From assembly GCA_937975745.1 (NCBI GenBank), contig CALJUK010000225.1, forward strand, positions 1-52,115: 52,115 bases of DNA. Direction: 5' to 3'. A program made the position numbers and the translations under genes. The notes beneath the pieces were generated by a model that ran no database searches, was not told where the DNA came from, and saw nothing but the letters and a program-made list of their open reading frames with translations. Position 1 is the stretch's first letter; each line of letters starts with the position of its first letter. The stretch comes from an uncultured Planctomycetaceae bacterium (GTDB taxonomy: Bacteria; Planctomycetota; Planctomycetia; Planctomycetales; Planctomycetaceae). This document shows, in pieces, positions 50,100 to 52,115 of this stretch.

Positions 50100-50733
50100 C
50101 CAGCGACTCCTTCATTTCAGCTGTAACTGAGCCGCCTGCCCAAGCTTGAACGCCAGTCACTTCCGTCCTTCCGATCTCCTCGAGCATCTCGGCCCGACTC
50201 ATCGGATCAAGCTTAAGGCCCTGCGCTGCAAACACCTGCTCAACCAGACCTCGCTTGGCAGGGTCGCCAACAGCATCGAACAGCATCTTCGTGAGTTCAA
50301 GCTGCATTTCGTCGCGCAACTGGGCGTCCGTCAGCTCGCGAGCATCCTTCGCCGCATCGTCCTGCTCAACTCGTTGGTGCAATTTGATGACGTCCAGCAT
50401 CAATTTGCCAATCGAGGGTGACGGGTTCTTCGCCGCTGCCGCCTTCCGAATGAACATGGCGATCTGCTTGCCGAATCCATCGGGTCCACCGAACTCACCG
50501 TAGATGGTACCCAGGATGTTGCGGACGGTTCCGATGCTGCCAGTCGCATTGTCCCCCTTCAGCGAGATCAATCCTGACATCGCTGACGTGATCTTCTTGC
50601 GCGCGAGACTCTCGGCTTTCTTCCCGTCAGCGCCGGCCTTGCAATATGTGCAGACCAACTCCTCTGACTGGGTGCCGGTGAAGTCGTCCACCGCTCGCTC
50701 TTCGCCGCATTTTGAGCAGATAAACACGCTCAA
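49984..50733 (-). CDS. terminase small subunit candidate (N-terminal zinc ribbon)
   Basis: CSKCG...CTYC. Position is immediately upstream of the large terminase, and the 3' end overlaps it by 116 nt. Confidence 0.4.
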   Translation of the reverse strand: MSVFICSKCGEERAVDDFTGTQSEELVCTYCKAGADGKKAESLARKKITSAMSGLISLKGDNATGSIGTVRNILGTIYGEFGGPDGFGKQIAMFIRKAAAAKNPSPSIGKLMLDVIKLHQRVEQDDAAKDARELTDAQLRDEMQLELTKMLFDAVGDPAKRGLVEQVFAAQGLKLDPMSRAEMLEEIGRTEVTGVQAWAGGSVTAEMKESLDVEADSGTSDGARSPGEGTSQGVPAVPKSGESPPVDNV

Positions 50734-52088
50734 CCCCCTCGCCGTCTCCGGCGGCGTTTACGTGGCCTCTTCCGTGGCTTCTTGACAGACTGCCTTGGAA
50801 CCGCCTTGGATGCCTTCCGAAACTGGACCACACCATCCCCAAGGTCGGAAATGTAGAGGTTCCAGGAGCCACCTCCGCTCGATTCGAATTCCTCAACGGC
50901 TCTTGAAGCCGACGCTGGTCCGTCACTGACGAATAAAAGGCTTCCACCCTGTTTCACATGCTTCTTGAATAGCGTGACTGTGTCCTGCGGAGTTGTGCCC
51001 TCGACGACAACAAGGGGCGACTCCGCGGCGTCGAGCACGACCAGTGACGACACCGTCAGGTCACTGTTCCGGCGAATCTTCCTTGACAGCTTCGAGACTG
51101 CCTTCAGGTCTGATGTCGGGGCGTGCCAGACCTTCTGGGCGTCCAGGTCGTTTACCGCGGCGTGGGCCAGAACATCACTCCCCACGACGATCGCCTGGTC
51201 CCCGTTCAGCTCACATGAAAACCGCCGGATCGTTCCACAGGCAACCTCACTCACGTCTGGGTTAACGAACACAGCCCCCAATCGCTTCTCCTTAACGATC
51301 GGAACTGGAGAGACCTCGTCTGTCTCGTCGCCATCTGGGTCCCATGCTTCTTCCCAGGGGTCATCATACTCCTCGTCCCAAAATGCATCTTCCTCGGCCG
51401 ACGTGACCATATCGGCCATCTCTTGAGTGGTGATTGACTCCACGTCACTGTCATCCTGGACATAGCTCTTCAGGGGTGGCGCGGAGTCGTAGTCGGCGCT
51501 TCCATTTCCTGGTGGCCATGTTCCACTGGCTAGAACAGCGTCTTTCTTCACCTCATCTGGGCCGAGACCAAGAACCTCTGCGTAGTTGCGCTCCTCGCTC
51601 CAACAGCCGTCTCCAGGTGTTCCTGGCCTTATCTCCTCCGGCACACCGAAGTCGATCTCTCGAATCTCGTCTCTCACGCTGACATTGTTTCGGACCGCCT
51701 CGGCGAAGACTTCGCTGACTTGTTCCATTTTGATGGGAGACGGCTTGCCAACCATCCGAGGCTTTCCGTGCCCCGCCCAGGCATCCCAGTTGCAGAACAC
51801 CACAGGCTCCCCGAACTTCAGGAGTCCGGACAGCGTGATCTCGCGAGTGTTGGTTACATCCTCGGTTGAGGCCTTCTGCGTCTGAAACCCGTCAGTGAAC
51901 TCGTACCAAAACCAACTCTCCATTCGCAGCAACTGACGGCAGCGCTCCGAGGAAATCTCATCGGATTTGTATTTTTCGAGAATTTGCTCGTCCGTCATCG
52001 AATGACACGGAAGAAGATCGAATGCATCAGTCGAATACATGATGCACCCGGTCGGTCCGGCCGCGCATGCCTGAATGCCACGCATCAT
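50730..52088 (-). CDS. hypothetical protein with an acidic core and poly-Arg C-terminus; may extend past the window edge
   Basis: 452 aa from ATG52088. The frame stays open for the 9 codons up to position 52115. Ends KKPRKRPRKRRRRRRGG. Confidence 0.5.
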   Translation of the reverse strand: MMRGIQACAAGPTGCIMYSTDAFDLLPCHSMTDEQILEKYKSDEISSERCRQLLRMESWFWYEFTDGFQTQKASTEDVTNTREITLSGLLKFGEPVVFCNWDAWAGHGKPRMVGKPSPIKMEQVSEVFAEAVRNNVSVRDEIREIDFGVPEEIRPGTPGDGCWSEERNYAEVLGLGPDEVKKDAVLASGTWPPGNGSADYDSAPPLKSYVQDDSDVESITTQEMADMVTSAEEDAFWDEEYDDPWEEAWDPDGDETDEVSPVPIVKEKRLGAVFVNPDVSEVACGTIRRFSCELNGDQAIVVGSDVLAHAAVNDLDAQKVWHAPTSDLKAVSKLSRKIRRNSDLTVSSLVVLDAAESPLVVVEGTTPQDTVTLFKKHVKQGGSLLFVSDGPASASRAVEEFESSGGGSWNLYISDLGDGVVQFRKASKAVPRQSVKKPRKRPRKRRRRRRGG

Positions 52089-52115
52089 CGCCGCATGGTT
52101 CCGGGAGTAGGCTTC

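Noticed and set aside
1-52115. CRISPR arrays, diversity-generating retroelements, retrons, and toxin-antitoxin-style repeat RNAs.
   Set aside because: I saw no spaced direct-repeat array, no ORF with reverse-transcriptase motifs (YxDD), and no template/variable repeat pair. The only tandem repeat is the 2 x 19-mer at 21710-21749.

Overview
The window reads as a near genome-sized piece of a GC-rich tailed dsDNA phage or prophage. I saw no integrase, DNA polymerase, primase, CRISPR array or reverse transcriptase. Layout: (1) a roughly 1 kb ORF-poor left end containing an 89-nt adenine-free tract and a C10 run. (2) A plus-strand early block (1003-11048) encoding a sigma-like protein, a free-standing HNH endonuclease, a LexA-like repressor, an orphan clamp-loader-like AAA+ protein, a MoxR/RavA-like ATPase with a ViaA-like VWA partner, and a LuxR-type HTH protein. 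(3) A minus-strand block read from 52088 down to 11105. It encodes terminase, portal, virion and tail proteins, a lysis-like cassette, an RNA island at 21150-22070, and a recombination/replication module (YqaJ exonuclease, annealing protein, SMC-like ATPase, ParB-like protein, SF2 helicase, SSB-like protein, Dam-like methylase, HNH proteins). Two small plus-strand insertions interrupt the structural block (28360-29845 and 41707-42576). The most unusual signals are in the nucleic acid rather than the proteins. They are: a complete type I hammerhead ribozyme between the VWA and LuxR-like genes; nine copies of a bipartite motif, CTGGAG-N7-CGATAGT, each oriented with its downstream gene; a recurring leader of GC hairpin, then CACCACAACAAC, then SD and ATG, with one inverted copy of the 12-mer placed directly 5' of a strong terminator; two roughly 150-nt tRNA-like elements with canonical T-arm and acceptor but no anticodon arm I could find; and an initiator-like tRNA-Met. 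Protein functions come from motifs I could read by eye. No database search was run.
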